This document shows, piece after piece, positions 45,240-56,515 of a stretch of 62,833 bases of DNA. This stretch comes from Burkholderiales bacterium. GTDB taxonomy: Bacteria > Pseudomonadota > Gammaproteobacteria > Burkholderiales > SG8-39. Numbering within the stretch: the stretch's first letter is position 1; each line of letters begins with the position of its first letter. Both the position numbers and the translations under genes were made by a program. The notes below the pieces were generated by a model, which had not been told where the DNA came from, ran no database searches, and saw only the letters and a program-made list of their open reading frames with translations. Location of the stretch: the NCBI GenBank assembly GCA_040902335.1, contig JBBDXL010000194.1, positions 1-62,833 on the forward strand, written 5' to 3'.

Positions 45240-45785
45240 ATGAAAGCCAAGATATCGGCATTGATGGACGGCGAGCTCGATGCGCATGAGCTGAACGAGC
45301 CGCTGTCGGCGCTGGGCAAGGACGCCGACGCGTTCGAGACCTGGCGCACCTACCACCTGATCAGCGACGCCCTGCAGGGACGCGCCATGCTGGCGAACGA
45401 CTGCCTGCGTCGCGTCTCTGCCCGCCTCGCCGACGAGCCGACCCTGATAGGCCCGCTGCCGGCGGATGTGACGCGGCCGCAGCGTGCGCGCTGGTTCGTG
45501 CCTTCCGCGCTGGCGGCGAGCGTGGCGGCGGTGGCGCTCGTCGGCTGGATGGCATTTTCCCCGCAGCAGAGTACCGGGCCCCTGCTGGTGCCGGTCGCCA
45601 AGGCGCCGCAGCCGGCGCAAGTAGCGGCGCGCGCCGCGCCCCCGGCACCCGTGCGCCTGCCGATGACCGCGGCGACGCGCGACTATCTGATCGCGCATCA
45701 GGCGCTCTCATCGCGCAATTCGCTGCAGGGCATGGCGCCTTTCGTGCGCGCGGTAGCCGCCGAATCGATCCCGGGTAAACCGTGA
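45240..45785 (+). CDS. rseA: Anti-sigma-E factor RseA/MucA
   Basis: MKAKISALMDGELD…ETWRTYHLISDALQG (RseA_N), central TM segment. Confidence 0.85.
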   Translation: MKAKISALMDGELDAHELNEPLSALGKDADAFETWRTYHLISDALQGRAMLANDCLRRVSARLADEPTLIGPLPADVTRPQRARWFVPSALAASVAAVALVGWMAFSPQQSTGPLLVPVAKAPQPAQVAARAAPPAPVRLPMTAATRDYLIAHQALSSRNSLQGMAPFVRAVAAESIPGKP

Positions 45786-46738
45786 GCCGCACCCTCGGCG
45801 CCCTGTTGCTTTTCACGGTCGCCGGGTGGGCGCAGGCGCAGACCACGCCCGAGGCGCTCGACTGGCTGCGCAAGATCTACCAGGCGACGGAGAAGCTCTC
45901 GTATACCGGTACCTTCGTCTATCAGCAGGGCGATCGCACCGAGACTTCACGCATCACGCGCCTGGCGGACGCCGCCGGCGGCACCGAGAAGCTGGAAGTG
46001 CTGGACGGCACGCCGCGCGAAATCCTGCGCACGCGAGACGAGATCCGCTGCTATCTGCCGGAGAGCCGCACGGTGAAAGTCGATCGCCGCAGCGACCCGC
46101 GCGCGTTTCCGGCGCTGCTGCCCGCGCAGGTGGGCGGGCTGACGGACTACTACGTGATCACCATGGGGGAAAGGCGGCGCATCGCCGGCTTCAAGTGCCA
46201 GGCCATCGTGCTGACCCCCAAGGACGACCTGCGTTACGGCTACCGGTTGTGGGCCGACGCCAGCAGCGGCATGCTGCTCAAGGCGCAGACCTTCGATCGC
46301 GACGGGCACACGATGGAGCAATTCACCTTCACGCACCTGGAGATCGGCAGCGTAGCGCGCGAGCGCCTGCAGCCGCCGCGCGCCGCCCAGGGCTGGCACG
46401 TGGAGCGGGCCGGCGTGGCGCCGGCCAATCTGTCGCAATCGGGATGGAGCGTAGGCGCCGAGCTGCCCGGCTTCCGCAAGATCGTGGAGATTCGGCGCAT
46501 GCTGCGCGACGCCCAGCCGGTGGCGCAGATGGTGTACTCGGACGGCCTCGCCGCCGTATCTGTGTTCATCGAACCGATGCCCGGCCGCGCCGAGGCCGCG
46601 CGCATCGGCATTTCCAGCATGGGAGCGGTGAACGTCTATACGCGGGAGGTGGCGAACCACCTGGTCACCGTGGTGGGCGAAGCGCCGGCCGCGAGCGTGC
46701 AACGCATCGGCAACACGGTCGAATACCGCCCGCAATAG
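45782..46738 (+). CDS. rseB: Sigma-E regulatory protein RseB/MucB
   Basis: 318 aa. Signal peptide, then …WLRKIYQATEKLSYTGTFVYQQGDR… typical of MucB/RseB. GTG overlaps the rseA stop. Confidence 0.85.
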   Translation: MSRTLGALLLFTVAGWAQAQTTPEALDWLRKIYQATEKLSYTGTFVYQQGDRTETSRITRLADAAGGTEKLEVLDGTPREILRTRDEIRCYLPESRTVKVDRRSDPRAFPALLPAQVGGLTDYYVITMGERRRIAGFKCQAIVLTPKDDLRYGYRLWADASSGMLLKAQTFDRDGHTMEQFTFTHLEIGSVARERLQPPRAAQGWHVERAGVAPANLSQSGWSVGAELPGFRKIVEIRRMLRDAQPVAQMVYSDGLAAVSVFIEPMPGRAEAARIGISSMGAVNVYTREVANHLVTVVGEAPAASVQRIGNTVEYRPQ

Positions 46739-46770
46739 CAGTCGTCGCCTACCGCCCGAGAGGATTCTCC

Positions 46771-48189
46771 ATGTTCCTGATCAAAGCCGCCGCCGCGCTG
46801 GCGTTCGGCACGTTCGCCGCATGCGCCGTCGCGCAGGTGCGGGAATTGCCCGACTTCACGCGACTCGTCGAGGAGCATGGCGCTGCCGTGGTCAACATCA
46901 GCACCACGCAGGCGCCGCGACGCGCGAGCACGCCGCAAATGCCGAACATCGAAGACGAGGAGATGCTGGAATTCTTCCGGCGCTTCATTCCGCGGCAGCC
47001 CGCGCCGGGGCTGCGGCCCGAGAGCCGATCGCTCGGCTCGGGGTTCATCATCAGCGCCGACGGCTACATTCTCACCAACGCGCACGTCGTCGAGGCGGCG
47101 GACGAGATCGACGTGCGCCTCACCGACAAGCGCGAGTACAAGGCCAAGGTGGTGGGCGCCGACAAGCGCACCGATGTCGCGCTGATCAAGATCGAGGCCA
47201 GCAACCTTCCTGCGGTGCGCATGGGCGATCCCACGCGCCTCAAGGTGGGGGAATGGGTGGTGGCGATCGGCTCGCCGTTCGGCTTCGAGAACACGGTGAC
47301 CGCAGGCATCGTCAGCGCCAAGGGCCGCTCGCTGCCGCAGGAGAACTTCGTGCCCTTCATCCAGACCGACGTGGCCATCAATCCGGGCAACTCCGGGGGA
47401 CCGTTGTTCAACATGAAGGGCGAGGTGGTGGGCGTGAACTCGCAGATCTACAGCCGTACCGGGGGCTTTATGGGGCTGTCGTTCGCCATTCCGATCGATG
47501 TGGCGCTCGACATCCAGAACCAGCTGCGCGAGAAGGGCCGGGTATCCCGCGGCCGCATTGGCGTGGTGATCCAGGAGGTGACCAAGGACCTCGCGATGTC
47601 CTTCGGCCTGCAGCGCCCGCGCGGCGCGCTGGTTAATTCCGTCGAGAAGGGCAGCCCCGCGGACAAGGCGGGGGTCGAGGCGACCGACATCATCACGCGC
47701 TTCGACGGCAAGGAAGTGGAGTCCTCCGCCGATCTGCCACGCATCGTCGGCGGCACGCGTCCGGGAACCCGCGTGCCGATGGAAGTCTGGCGCAAGGGCG
47801 CGCCGCGCATGCTCAGCATCACGGTGGGCGAGCTGCTCGAGGAGCGGGTCGCGGCGCGGGAGGCGCCGCGGGAGCCGAAGCCCGCAGCGCTGGCCGCGAA
47901 CCGCCTCGGGGTGGTGGTGAGCGAGCTGAGCGCCGAGCAGAAGCGGGAGCTCAAGCTCTCCCACGGCCTCGTGGTCGCCGAGGTGCGCGCCGACGCGCGC
48001 GCGGAACTGCGCCGCGGCGACATTCTGCTGAAGATGGTGCACAACGGTCAGCACACGGATCTGAAGAGCACCGAGCAATTGAACAAGCTTCTTGCGGGCC
48101 TGGACAAGCACGCCGTGATCACGTTCCAGGTGCGCCGCGGCGAGAGCACCGCCTTCATCTCCGTCGCCGGCCTCGGCGACAAGGGCTGA
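46771..48189 (+). CDS. Periplasmic serine endoprotease DegP/DegQ/MucD family
   Basis: Internal ATG of track ORF 45826..48189. Signal peptide; His-Asp-Ser triad contexts (TNAHVV, DVALIKI, GNSGGPLF); two PDZ-like regions. Confidence 0.92.
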   Translation: MFLIKAAAALAFGTFAACAVAQVRELPDFTRLVEEHGAAVVNISTTQAPRRASTPQMPNIEDEEMLEFFRRFIPRQPAPGLRPESRSLGSGFIISADGYILTNAHVVEAADEIDVRLTDKREYKAKVVGADKRTDVALIKIEASNLPAVRMGDPTRLKVGEWVVAIGSPFGFENTVTAGIVSAKGRSLPQENFVPFIQTDVAINPGNSGGPLFNMKGEVVGVNSQIYSRTGGFMGLSFAIPIDVALDIQNQLREKGRVSRGRIGVVIQEVTKDLAMSFGLQRPRGALVNSVEKGSPADKAGVEATDIITRFDGKEVESSADLPRIVGGTRPGTRVPMEVWRKGAPRMLSITVGELLEERVAAREAPREPKPAALAANRLGVVVSELSAEQKRELKLSHGLVVAEVRADARAELRRGDILLKMVHNGQHTDLKSTEQLNKLLAGLDKHAVITFQVRRGESTAFISVAGLGDKG

Positions 48190-48193
48190 GCCG

Positions 48194-48418
48194 ATTCTGC
48201 GCCTGTACTCGCGCGCCAACTGCCCTCTCTGCGAGGAGATGGCGGACGCCCTGCGCGGCCTGGGGGTCGGGTTCGTGAAGCTCGACGTGAATGCCGACCC
48301 CGCGCTGGCCGAGCGTTACGGGCGGAAAGTACCGGTGCTCACCGACGGCGAGGGCCGCGAGATCTGCCACGCGCGGCTCGACGCGCAGGCCCTGCGCGCG
48401 CGGCTTGCGCTAGAATAG
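48194..48418 (+). CDS. Glutaredoxin-like (DUF836-type) small thioredoxin-fold protein; start codon unresolved
   Basis: Open frame 48119..48415 encodes …ILRLYSRANCPLCEEMADAL…VDVNADPALAERYGRKVPVL… with strong GC3 bias. There is no ATG/GTG/TTG between the upstream in-frame stop (48116-48118) and the CPLC motif. Confidence 0.5.
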   Translation: MLRLYSRANCPLCEEMADALRGLGVGFVKLDVNADPALAERYGRKVPVLTDGEGREICHARLDAQALRARLALE

Positions 48419-48436
48419 CGCCCGCTGCAGACAGGG

Positions 48437-48462
48437 AAGGGTGCCGCCGGCACCCTTTTTTT
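48437..48462 (+). terminator. Rho-independent terminator-like hairpin with 7-T tract, abutting the lepA ATG
   Basis: AAGGGTGCC-gcc-GGCACCCTT (9-bp stem) followed by TTTTT, then C and ATG(48464). Confidence 0.6.
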
Positions 48463-48463
48463 C

Positions 48464-50266
<1,803 letters not shown>

Positions 50267-50268
50267 GC

Positions 50269-51057
50269 ATGAGCTTCGCGTTGTTCCTGCTGCTGCTCTT
50301 GCTCGTGACCGGCGCGGTCTGGGCGCTGGAGGTAGCGTGGCTGCGCAAGCGCCGCGGCGCGGGCGCCAAGCAGCCGTGGTGGGTGGAGTACTCGGTGAGC
50401 TTCTTCCCCGTGATCCTCATCGTCTTCCTGCTGCGCTCGTTTCTCGTCGAGCCGTTCAAGATCCCCTCGGGCTCGATGATCCCGACTCTCCTGGTCGGCG
50501 ATTTCATCCTCGTCAACAAGTTCACCTACGGCATCCGGCTGCCGGTGGCCAACCGCAAGCTGCTGGACGTGGGCCGCCCGCAGCGCGGCGACGTGATGGT
50601 GTTCCGCTATCCCGAGGATCCGTCGCTCGACTACATCAAGCGCGTCGTCGGCGTGCCCGGCGATCGCGTCGAATACCGCAACAAGCGCCTGAGCATCAAC
50701 GGCCGCGCCGTGCCGCTGCGCCAGATCGAGGACTACCTGTCGCGGGAGCGCATGCAGTACTCGCGGCGCTACCTGGAAACGCTGAACGGCACCGAGCACC
50801 CGATCATGATCGAGGAAGACGCGCCGGCATTCGTCCCCCAGGTGCGCGCGTTCCCGCACTCGGGCAATTGCAACTACAATATCTCCGGCCTGGCGTGCAC
50901 GGTGCCGCCTGGGCACTATTTCATGATGGGTGACAACCGTGACAATTCGAGCGACAGCCGGGTCTGGGGCTTCGTACCCGACGCCAACATCGTCGGCAAG
51001 GCGTTCTTCATCTGGCTCAACCTCGGGGAGCTGGGCCGCTTCGGCTCTTTCCGCTGA
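50269..51057 (+). CDS. lepB: Signal peptidase I
   Basis: Internal ATG of track ORF 50128..51057. …PFKIPSGSMIPTLLVGDFILVNKF…, …YIKRVVGVPGD…, GDNRDNSSDSR. Confidence 0.95.
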   Translation: MSFALFLLLLLLVTGAVWALEVAWLRKRRGAGAKQPWWVEYSVSFFPVILIVFLLRSFLVEPFKIPSGSMIPTLLVGDFILVNKFTYGIRLPVANRKLLDVGRPQRGDVMVFRYPEDPSLDYIKRVVGVPGDRVEYRNKRLSINGRAVPLRQIEDYLSRERMQYSRRYLETLNGTEHPIMIEEDAPAFVPQVRAFPHSGNCNYNISGLACTVPPGHYFMMGDNRDNSSDSRVWGFVPDANIVGKAFFIWLNLGELGRFGSFR

Positions 51058-51083
51058 GGGCTCGTTGCGACAGGAGACCGGCC

Positions 51084-51440
51084 ATGCGCGCTAGGCAACG
51101 GGGTATCACGCTGTTGGGGCTCATCATGAGCTCGTTCGTCCTCGTTTTCGCAGCACTGCTGGTGATGCGGCTGCTGCCTTCCTACATCGAGTATTTCACC
51201 ATCAAGAAAGCGGTGGTCTCGATCTCGAACGAAATGCGCGGCCGCGGCGGCTCTGTGAACGACGTGCGCCGCGCCTTCGACAGCCGGCAGGCGATCGACG
51301 ATTTCAAGGCGGTCAACGGGACCGACCTCGAAATCACCAAACAGGGCAACGATTTTCTGATCGTCGCCGTCTACCGCAAGGAAATCCCGCTATTCGCCAA
51401 TATCGGGGTCTACATCGACTTCGTGGCCTCGTCCAACTAG
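51084..51440 (+). CDS. DUF4845-domain small membrane protein
   Basis: 118 aa. N-terminal TM (GITLLGLIMSSFVLVFAALLVM). Conserved lepB-rnc intergenic position in betaproteobacteria. Confidence 0.65.
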   Translation: MRARQRGITLLGLIMSSFVLVFAALLVMRLLPSYIEYFTIKKAVVSISNEMRGRGGSVNDVRRAFDSRQAIDDFKAVNGTDLEITKQGNDFLIVAVYRKEIPLFANIGVYIDFVASSN

Positions 51441-51459
51441 CCGGGGCGGCGCACGCGCC

Positions 51460-52131
51460 TTGTCACGGACCGCACGCCTCGAGGAATGCCTCGGCCATCA
51501 GTTCCGCCACGGCGAGCTGCTCGAGCAGGCACTCACGCACCGCAGCTTCGGCGCGCCGCACAATGAACGTCTGGAGTTCCTGGGCGACGGCGTACTGGGC
51601 TGCGTGGTCGCGGAGGCGCTGCTCGCGCGCTTCCCGCAGTTGAGCGAAGGCGAGCTTTCCCGCATGCGCGCCAGCCTGGTGCGCAAGGAGGCGCTGGCCG
51701 CCGCGGCAGCCGGCCTCGGCCTAGCCGAGCACCTGCGCATGGGGCAGGGCGAAAGCGCCAGCGGCGGCGCGCACCGCCCCTCCATTCTCGCCGATGCGCT
51801 CGAAGCGCTGTTCGGCGCGGTCTTTCTCGACGGCGGCTATGCCAGTGCCCGCGCCGCCGTTCTCGCGACGCTCGGCGGCGCGCTCGCAACCACCGACGAG
51901 CACACGACCGCCAAGGACCCCAAGACGCGGCTGCAGGAGGTGCTGCAGGCGCGGCGCCACGGCTTGCCGCGCTATGAGGTAGTCGCCACGCGCGGCGCGG
52001 CGCACGAGCAAGTCTTCGAGGTGGAATGCTCGATCGAGGGTCTCGACCTGCAGGCGCGCGGCAGCGGCGCCTCGCGGCGTGCAGCCGAGCAGCAGGCGGC
52101 CCAGGCGCTGCTCAGCCGGCTCGACGCATGA
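51460..52131 (+). CDS. rnc: Ribonuclease III
   Basis: …ALTHRSFG…NERLEFLGDGVL… signature, C-terminal dsRBD. TTG start. Confidence 0.95.
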   Translation: MSRTARLEECLGHQFRHGELLEQALTHRSFGAPHNERLEFLGDGVLGCVVAEALLARFPQLSEGELSRMRASLVRKEALAAAAAGLGLAEHLRMGQGESASGGAHRPSILADALEALFGAVFLDGGYASARAAVLATLGGALATTDEHTTAKDPKTRLQEVLQARRHGLPRYEVVATRGAAHEQVFEVECSIEGLDLQARGSGASRRAAEQQAAQALLSRLDA

Positions 52132-53012
52132 CGCCGTTCCGCAGCGGCAGCGTCAGCCTGGTCGGCCGCCCCAACACCGGCAAGTCCAGCCTGCTCAACC
52201 GACTCCTGGGCCAGAAGCTCGCGATCGTCTCGCCGCGCGCGCAGACGACGCGCCATCTGCTGATCGGCGTACTGAACGCCGAAGGCTGTCAGGTGGCGTT
52301 CGTCGACTCCCCCGGCTTCCAAACGCGCCACCGCAATCTACTCAATCGCTCGCTCAACCGCCGCGCGGGAGAGGCGGCGCGCGATGCGGACGTGGTCGCG
52401 TTCGTGCTGGAAGCGATGCACTTCGATGCCGCCGACCGCGCGGCGCTTGCCCGGGTACCAGCAGGCCGCCCGACGGTAGCCGTGCTCAACAAGGTCGACC
52501 GCGTGCGTACGGCTTCCAGCCTGCTGCCCTTCGTCGCGCGCGTCGCGCGCTCGCATGCGTTTGCGGCCATCGTCCCGGTATCGGCGACGACCGGCCGCAA
52601 CATTCCCGAGTTGCTGCGCGTCTTGGGCTCGCTGCTGCCGGAGGGGCCGGCGCTGTATCCTGCCGATCAGCTGACCGATCGCGACGAGCGCTTCTTCGCC
52701 GCCGAGCTGCTTCGGGAGAAGCTGTTCCGCGCGCTCACCGACGAGCTGCCGTACAGCTGCGAGGTCATGATCGAGAATTTTCGGGAAGAAGGCCGCATGC
52801 GCCGCATCGACGCCACGGTGTGGGTCGAGCGCGAGGCGCACAAGCCGATCGTGCTCGGCCGCGGCGGCGAAACGCTGAAGCGCATCGCGACCGAGGCGCG
52901 CAAGGACATGGAGCGCATGTTCGGCGGCAAGGTGTTCCTGCAGGTGTGGATCAAGGTCAGGCGCGGCTGGTCCGAGGACGAGCGCACGCTGCGCCAGCTG
53001 GGGTACGCGTAA
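52128..53012 (+). CDS. era: GTPase Era
   Basis: ATG overlaps the rnc stop. [16 protein letters not shown] (G1), DSPG (G3), NKVD (G4), KH domain tail. Confidence 0.95.
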   Translation: MTPFRSGSVSLVGRPNTGKSSLLNRLLGQKLAIVSPRAQTTRHLLIGVLNAEGCQVAFVDSPGFQTRHRNLLNRSLNRRAGEAARDADVVAFVLEAMHFDAADRAALARVPAGRPTVAVLNKVDRVRTASSLLPFVARVARSHAFAAIVPVSATTGRNIPELLRVLGSLLPEGPALYPADQLTDRDERFFAAELLREKLFRALTDELPYSCEVMIENFREEGRMRRIDATVWVEREAHKPIVLGRGGETLKRIATEARKDMERMFGGKVFLQVWIKVRRGWSEDERTLRQLGYA

Positions 53013-53740
53013 TGCGACGCCGGACGGAGCAGGAGCCCGCGTTCGTGCTGCACAGCTATGCTTACAAGGAATCGAGCCTCATCGTGGAGGCGTTCACGCG
53101 CCATCGCGGGCGCGTCGGGTTGCTGGCGCGCGGCGCGCGCCGGCCGCGCTCCGCGATTCGAGGCACGCTGCTCGCGTTCCACCCATTGCGACTCAGCTGG
53201 AGCGCGTCCGCCGAGCTCGGCACCCTCATTGCCGCGGAGTGGGCGGGCGGGCAGCCGGCGCTCTCGGGGATGGCGCTGATGTGCGGCTTCTACGTGAACG
53301 AGCTGCTGCTGCGTCTGCTGCCGCGCGAGGATGCGCACGAGGCGCTGTTCGATGCCTATGCCGCAGCCGTCGCGCGCCTGGGGGCGGGCGACGAGCCGTC
53401 CGGGCTGCTGCGCGGCTTCGAGCTGAGGATGCTGCGCGAACTCGGGTATGCTCCGCCGCTGGACCGGGATGCGGGCCGCGGCACGCCGGTGCAGCCGGAA
53501 CAGCGCTACGCCTATGTGCCGGAGCGCGGGCCGCTCGCCCTGGCCGACGCCGGGCCGGATGGCGCGGACGCCGAATTCACGGTGTCCGGGCAGACATTGC
53601 TCGACATGTCGCGCGAGGACTACACGCGCCAGGAGACACGCGACGAGGCGCGGCGCCTGATGCGCCGGCTGATCGCGGCGCGCCTCTCGGGGCAGACGCT
53701 GCACACGAGCGACATGCTGCGGGAGCTGCAGGAGCTATGA
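53012..53740 (+). CDS. recO: DNA repair protein RecO
   Basis: The ATG's first base (53012) is the last base of the era TAA stop (TAATG). …[27 protein letters not shown]…. Confidence 0.9.
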   Translation: MRRRTEQEPAFVLHSYAYKESSLIVEAFTRHRGRVGLLARGARRPRSAIRGTLLAFHPLRLSWSASAELGTLIAAEWAGGQPALSGMALMCGFYVNELLLRLLPREDAHEALFDAYAAAVARLGAGDEPSGLLRGFELRMLRELGYAPPLDRDAGRGTPVQPEQRYAYVPERGPLALADAGPDGADAEFTVSGQTLLDMSREDYTRQETRDEARRLMRRLIAARLSGQTLHTSDMLRELQEL

Positions 53741-54483
53741 TCGAACTCGGCGTCAACGTGGACCACGTGGCGACCGTGCGCCAGGCGCGCCGCACCTACG
53801 AGCCCGACCCGGTCTGGGCCGCGATCGAGGCGCACCTGGGCGGCGCCGACGGCATCACGGTGCACCTGCGCGAGGACCGGCGCCACATCCAGGACGAGGA
53901 CGTGCGCCGACTGCGCGAGCTGACGCACATCCGCCTCAATCTGGAAATGGCGGCGACGGGGGAGATGGTCGCCATCGCCGCGCGCATCAAGCCGGAAATG
54001 GCGATGCTGGTGCCGGAAGGCCGCCACGAGATCACGACCGAAGGCGGCCTCGACATCGCCGCCCAGGAGGACAAGCTGCGCGGGGCTGTAGAGCGCCTGG
54101 CGGCCGCGGGCATCATCGTCTCGGTGTTCATCGATGCCGACGCGCGCCAGGTCGAGGCTGCGCAGCGCATCGGTGCGTCGGTCTGCGAAGTGCACACCGG
54201 CCCCTATGCCACGGCGTTTCACTCGAAGGGCAGGGACGCGGAGAGCCCGGCGGTGCAGGCCGAGCTGGCGAAGATTCGCGGCGCCGGCGAGGCCATCCGC
54301 GCGCTCGGCATGCGCTTCAACGCAGGGCACGCGCTCAATTATTTCAACGTCGAGCCGGTGGCCCGCCTGCCGGGGCTGCGCGAGCTGCACATCGGCCACG
54401 CCATCGTCAGCCGCGCGGTGTTCGTCGGCATGCGCGAGGCCGTACGCGAGATGAAGCAGCTGATGCTGCAGGCGGCAAGGTGA
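53737..54483 (+). CDS. pdxJ: Pyridoxine 5'-phosphate synthase
   Basis: [18 protein letters not shown]…, …[10 protein letters not shown]…, …LNLEMA…. Confidence 0.95.
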   Translation: MIELGVNVDHVATVRQARRTYEPDPVWAAIEAHLGGADGITVHLREDRRHIQDEDVRRLRELTHIRLNLEMAATGEMVAIAARIKPEMAMLVPEGRHEITTEGGLDIAAQEDKLRGAVERLAAAGIIVSVFIDADARQVEAAQRIGASVCEVHTGPYATAFHSKGRDAESPAVQAELAKIRGAGEAIRALGMRFNAGHALNYFNVEPVARLPGLRELHIGHAIVSRAVFVGMREAVREMKQLMLQAAR

Positions 54484-54863
54484 TCTACGGCGTCGGCACC
54501 GACCTGATCGAGATACCGCGCGTCGAGCGCGCGCTGGCGCGTTTCGGCGTGCGGTTCGCACAGCGCATTCTGTGCGAGCCGGAGCTGCGTCGCTTCCGCG
54601 CGCATGCCAAGCCCGCGGCGTATCTTGCGAAGCGCTTCGCCGCCAAGGAAGCGTTCACCAAGGCGCTGGGCACCGGCATCCGCGCGCCCGCCAATTGGCA
54701 CGGCGTCTGGGTGAGCAACCTGTGCTCGGGCAAGCCGCAGCTGGAGTTCTCCGCGCCCCTGGCGGCGCTGCTCGAGACGCGCGGCATCCGCCGCACGCAC
54801 CTGACGCTGTCCGATGAGCGCGGGCTGGCTGCTGCAACGGTCATTCTGGAATGCGACGTGTAA
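54480..54863 (+). CDS. acpS: Holo-ACP synthase
   Basis: GTG overlaps the pdxJ stop. [16 protein letters not shown]…[15 protein letters not shown]. Confidence 0.93.
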   Translation: MIYGVGTDLIEIPRVERALARFGVRFAQRILCEPELRRFRAHAKPAAYLAKRFAAKEAFTKALGTGIRAPANWHGVWVSNLCSGKPQLEFSAPLAALLETRGIRRTHLTLSDERGLAAATVILECDV

Positions 54864-55879
54864 GGGCGCGCCTGCCGCTCGGGCCGGCGGTGATCGACCC
54901 TGCGGGCGCGGTGCTGACGCAGGACGATGTCCGGCGCCTGCGGCATCCCGCGGTGGGCGGAGTCATCCTGTTCACGCGCAATTTCGTGTCGCCGGCGCAG
55001 CTGCAGGCGCTGACGCAGGACATCCGCGCGCTGCGCGAGCCGCAACTGCTGATCGGCGTAGACCACGAGGGCGGCCGCGTGCAGCGCTTCAAGGAGGGCT
55101 TCACGGCGCTGCCGCCCATGCGCGCGTTTGGCCAGCTGTGGGATCGGGATCGCGATGCGGGCCGGGCGGCGGCGCATGCCGCCGGTTACATCATCGGCGC
55201 CGAACTGGCCGCGCACGGCCTCGACTTCAGCTTCGCGCCCGTGCTGGATCTCGACTACGGCGCGAGCTCGGTGATCGGCGACCGGGCACTGCACTACGAT
55301 CCGCTCGCCGTCGGTGCGCTGGCGGCCGCGCTGATCGGCGGACTGGCGCAGGGCGGCATGGGCGCCGTCGGCAAGCATTTTCCCGGGCACGGCTACGCCG
55401 CCGCGGACTCGCACGTCGCCGTACCGACCGACGGGCGAGCGCTGTCCGAAATCCTGCGCAAGGACCTGGTGCCCTACGCACCCGCCATCCAGGCGGGGCT
55501 GGCGGGCGTCATGCCCGCGCACGTGATCTACCCGAGGATCGACGCCGAGCCGGCGGGCTATTCGCGCGTCTGGCTGCACGACATCCTGCGCGGCAAGCTC
55601 GGCTTCGGCGGGCTGGTGTTCAGCGACGACCTGTCGATGGCGGGCGCGAGCACCGCCGGCGGCGTCGCCGAGCGTGCCCGCGCCGCGCTGGACGCGGGCT
55701 GCGACATGGTGCTCCTGTGCAACGATCCGGAAGGCCAGGACCGCCTGCTGCATTCGCTCGAGGCAAGCGCGCCCGTCCCGCCGGCGCGCGCCGAACGCAT
55801 GCGCCACCGCGGCGGACGCGACCTGCGCCGAAGCGTGGCGTTCCGCGAGGCGCAGGGCGCCCTGGACAGGCTCGCCTAG
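54851..55879 (+). CDS. nagZ: Beta-N-acetylhexosaminidase NagZ
   Basis: …GGVILFTRNF…, IGVDHEGGRVQRF, KHFPGHG, FSDDLSM. Confidence 0.92.
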   Translation: MRRVRARLPLGPAVIDPAGAVLTQDDVRRLRHPAVGGVILFTRNFVSPAQLQALTQDIRALREPQLLIGVDHEGGRVQRFKEGFTALPPMRAFGQLWDRDRDAGRAAAHAAGYIIGAELAAHGLDFSFAPVLDLDYGASSVIGDRALHYDPLAVGALAAALIGGLAQGGMGAVGKHFPGHGYAAADSHVAVPTDGRALSEILRKDLVPYAPAIQAGLAGVMPAHVIYPRIDAEPAGYSRVWLHDILRGKLGFGGLVFSDDLSMAGASTAGGVAERARAALDAGCDMVLLCNDPEGQDRLLHSLEASAPVPPARAERMRHRGGRDLRRSVAFREAQGALDRLA

Positions 55880-56442
55880 GCGCGCTCCATGTAGGTGCCT
55901 TCGTTGGTATCGACCTTGATGCGCTCGCCCTTGTTGATGAACGGCGGCACCTGCACCGTGATGCCCGTTTCCAGCGTCGCGGGCTTGAAGGTATTGGTGG
56001 CGGTCGCATTGCGGATGCCGGGCTCGGTATCGGTCACCGTGAGCACCACCGACGGCGGGATGCCGATGCCGATGGCGCGGCCGTTGTAGAAGTTGATCTG
56101 CACCTCGGCGTTGGGCAGCAGGTAACCCGCCTGGCCCTCGAGGAACTCGGCAGGCAGCTGCAGCTGCTCGTAGTTCTCCTTGTCCATGAACACGTAGCTG
56201 TCGCCATCCTGATACAGGTATTGCATGGCGCGGGCATCGACGAAGGCGCGCTCGACTCTGTCCTCGGTGCGGAAGCGCTGGTTGGTCTTGGTGCCCGACT
56301 CGATGTCCTTCATCTCCACCTGCATGAACGCGCCGCCGCGGCCGCCGACGTGCACGTGGTAGCACTTGAGAACGCGCCACACGCGCTTGTCCCATTCGAT
56401 CAGATTGCCGACGCGGATTTCGACTGCCGAGACCTTGGCCAT
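55876..56442 (-). CDS. efp: Elongation factor P family protein with Arg at the loop-tip modification position
   Basis: 188 aa, three-domain EF-P pattern (…YVFMDKENYEQ…, …PATLETGITVQVPPFINKGERIKVDT…). The loop reads HVGGRGGAF where E. coli has KPGKGQAF. Confidence 0.9.
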   Translation of the reverse strand: MAKVSAVEIRVGNLIEWDKRVWRVLKCYHVHVGGRGGAFMQVEMKDIESGTKTNQRFRTEDRVERAFVDARAMQYLYQDGDSYVFMDKENYEQLQLPAEFLEGQAGYLLPNAEVQINFYNGRAIGIGIPPSVVLTVTDTEPGIRNATATNTFKPATLETGITVQVPPFINKGERIKVDTNEGTYMERA

Positions 56443-56515
56443 GGCTGAATTGTCGGGTGGAAAAGGGCGCGAATTTTACACTGATTCCGAGGCGCGGCGC
56501 TAGAATTCCCCCTCG

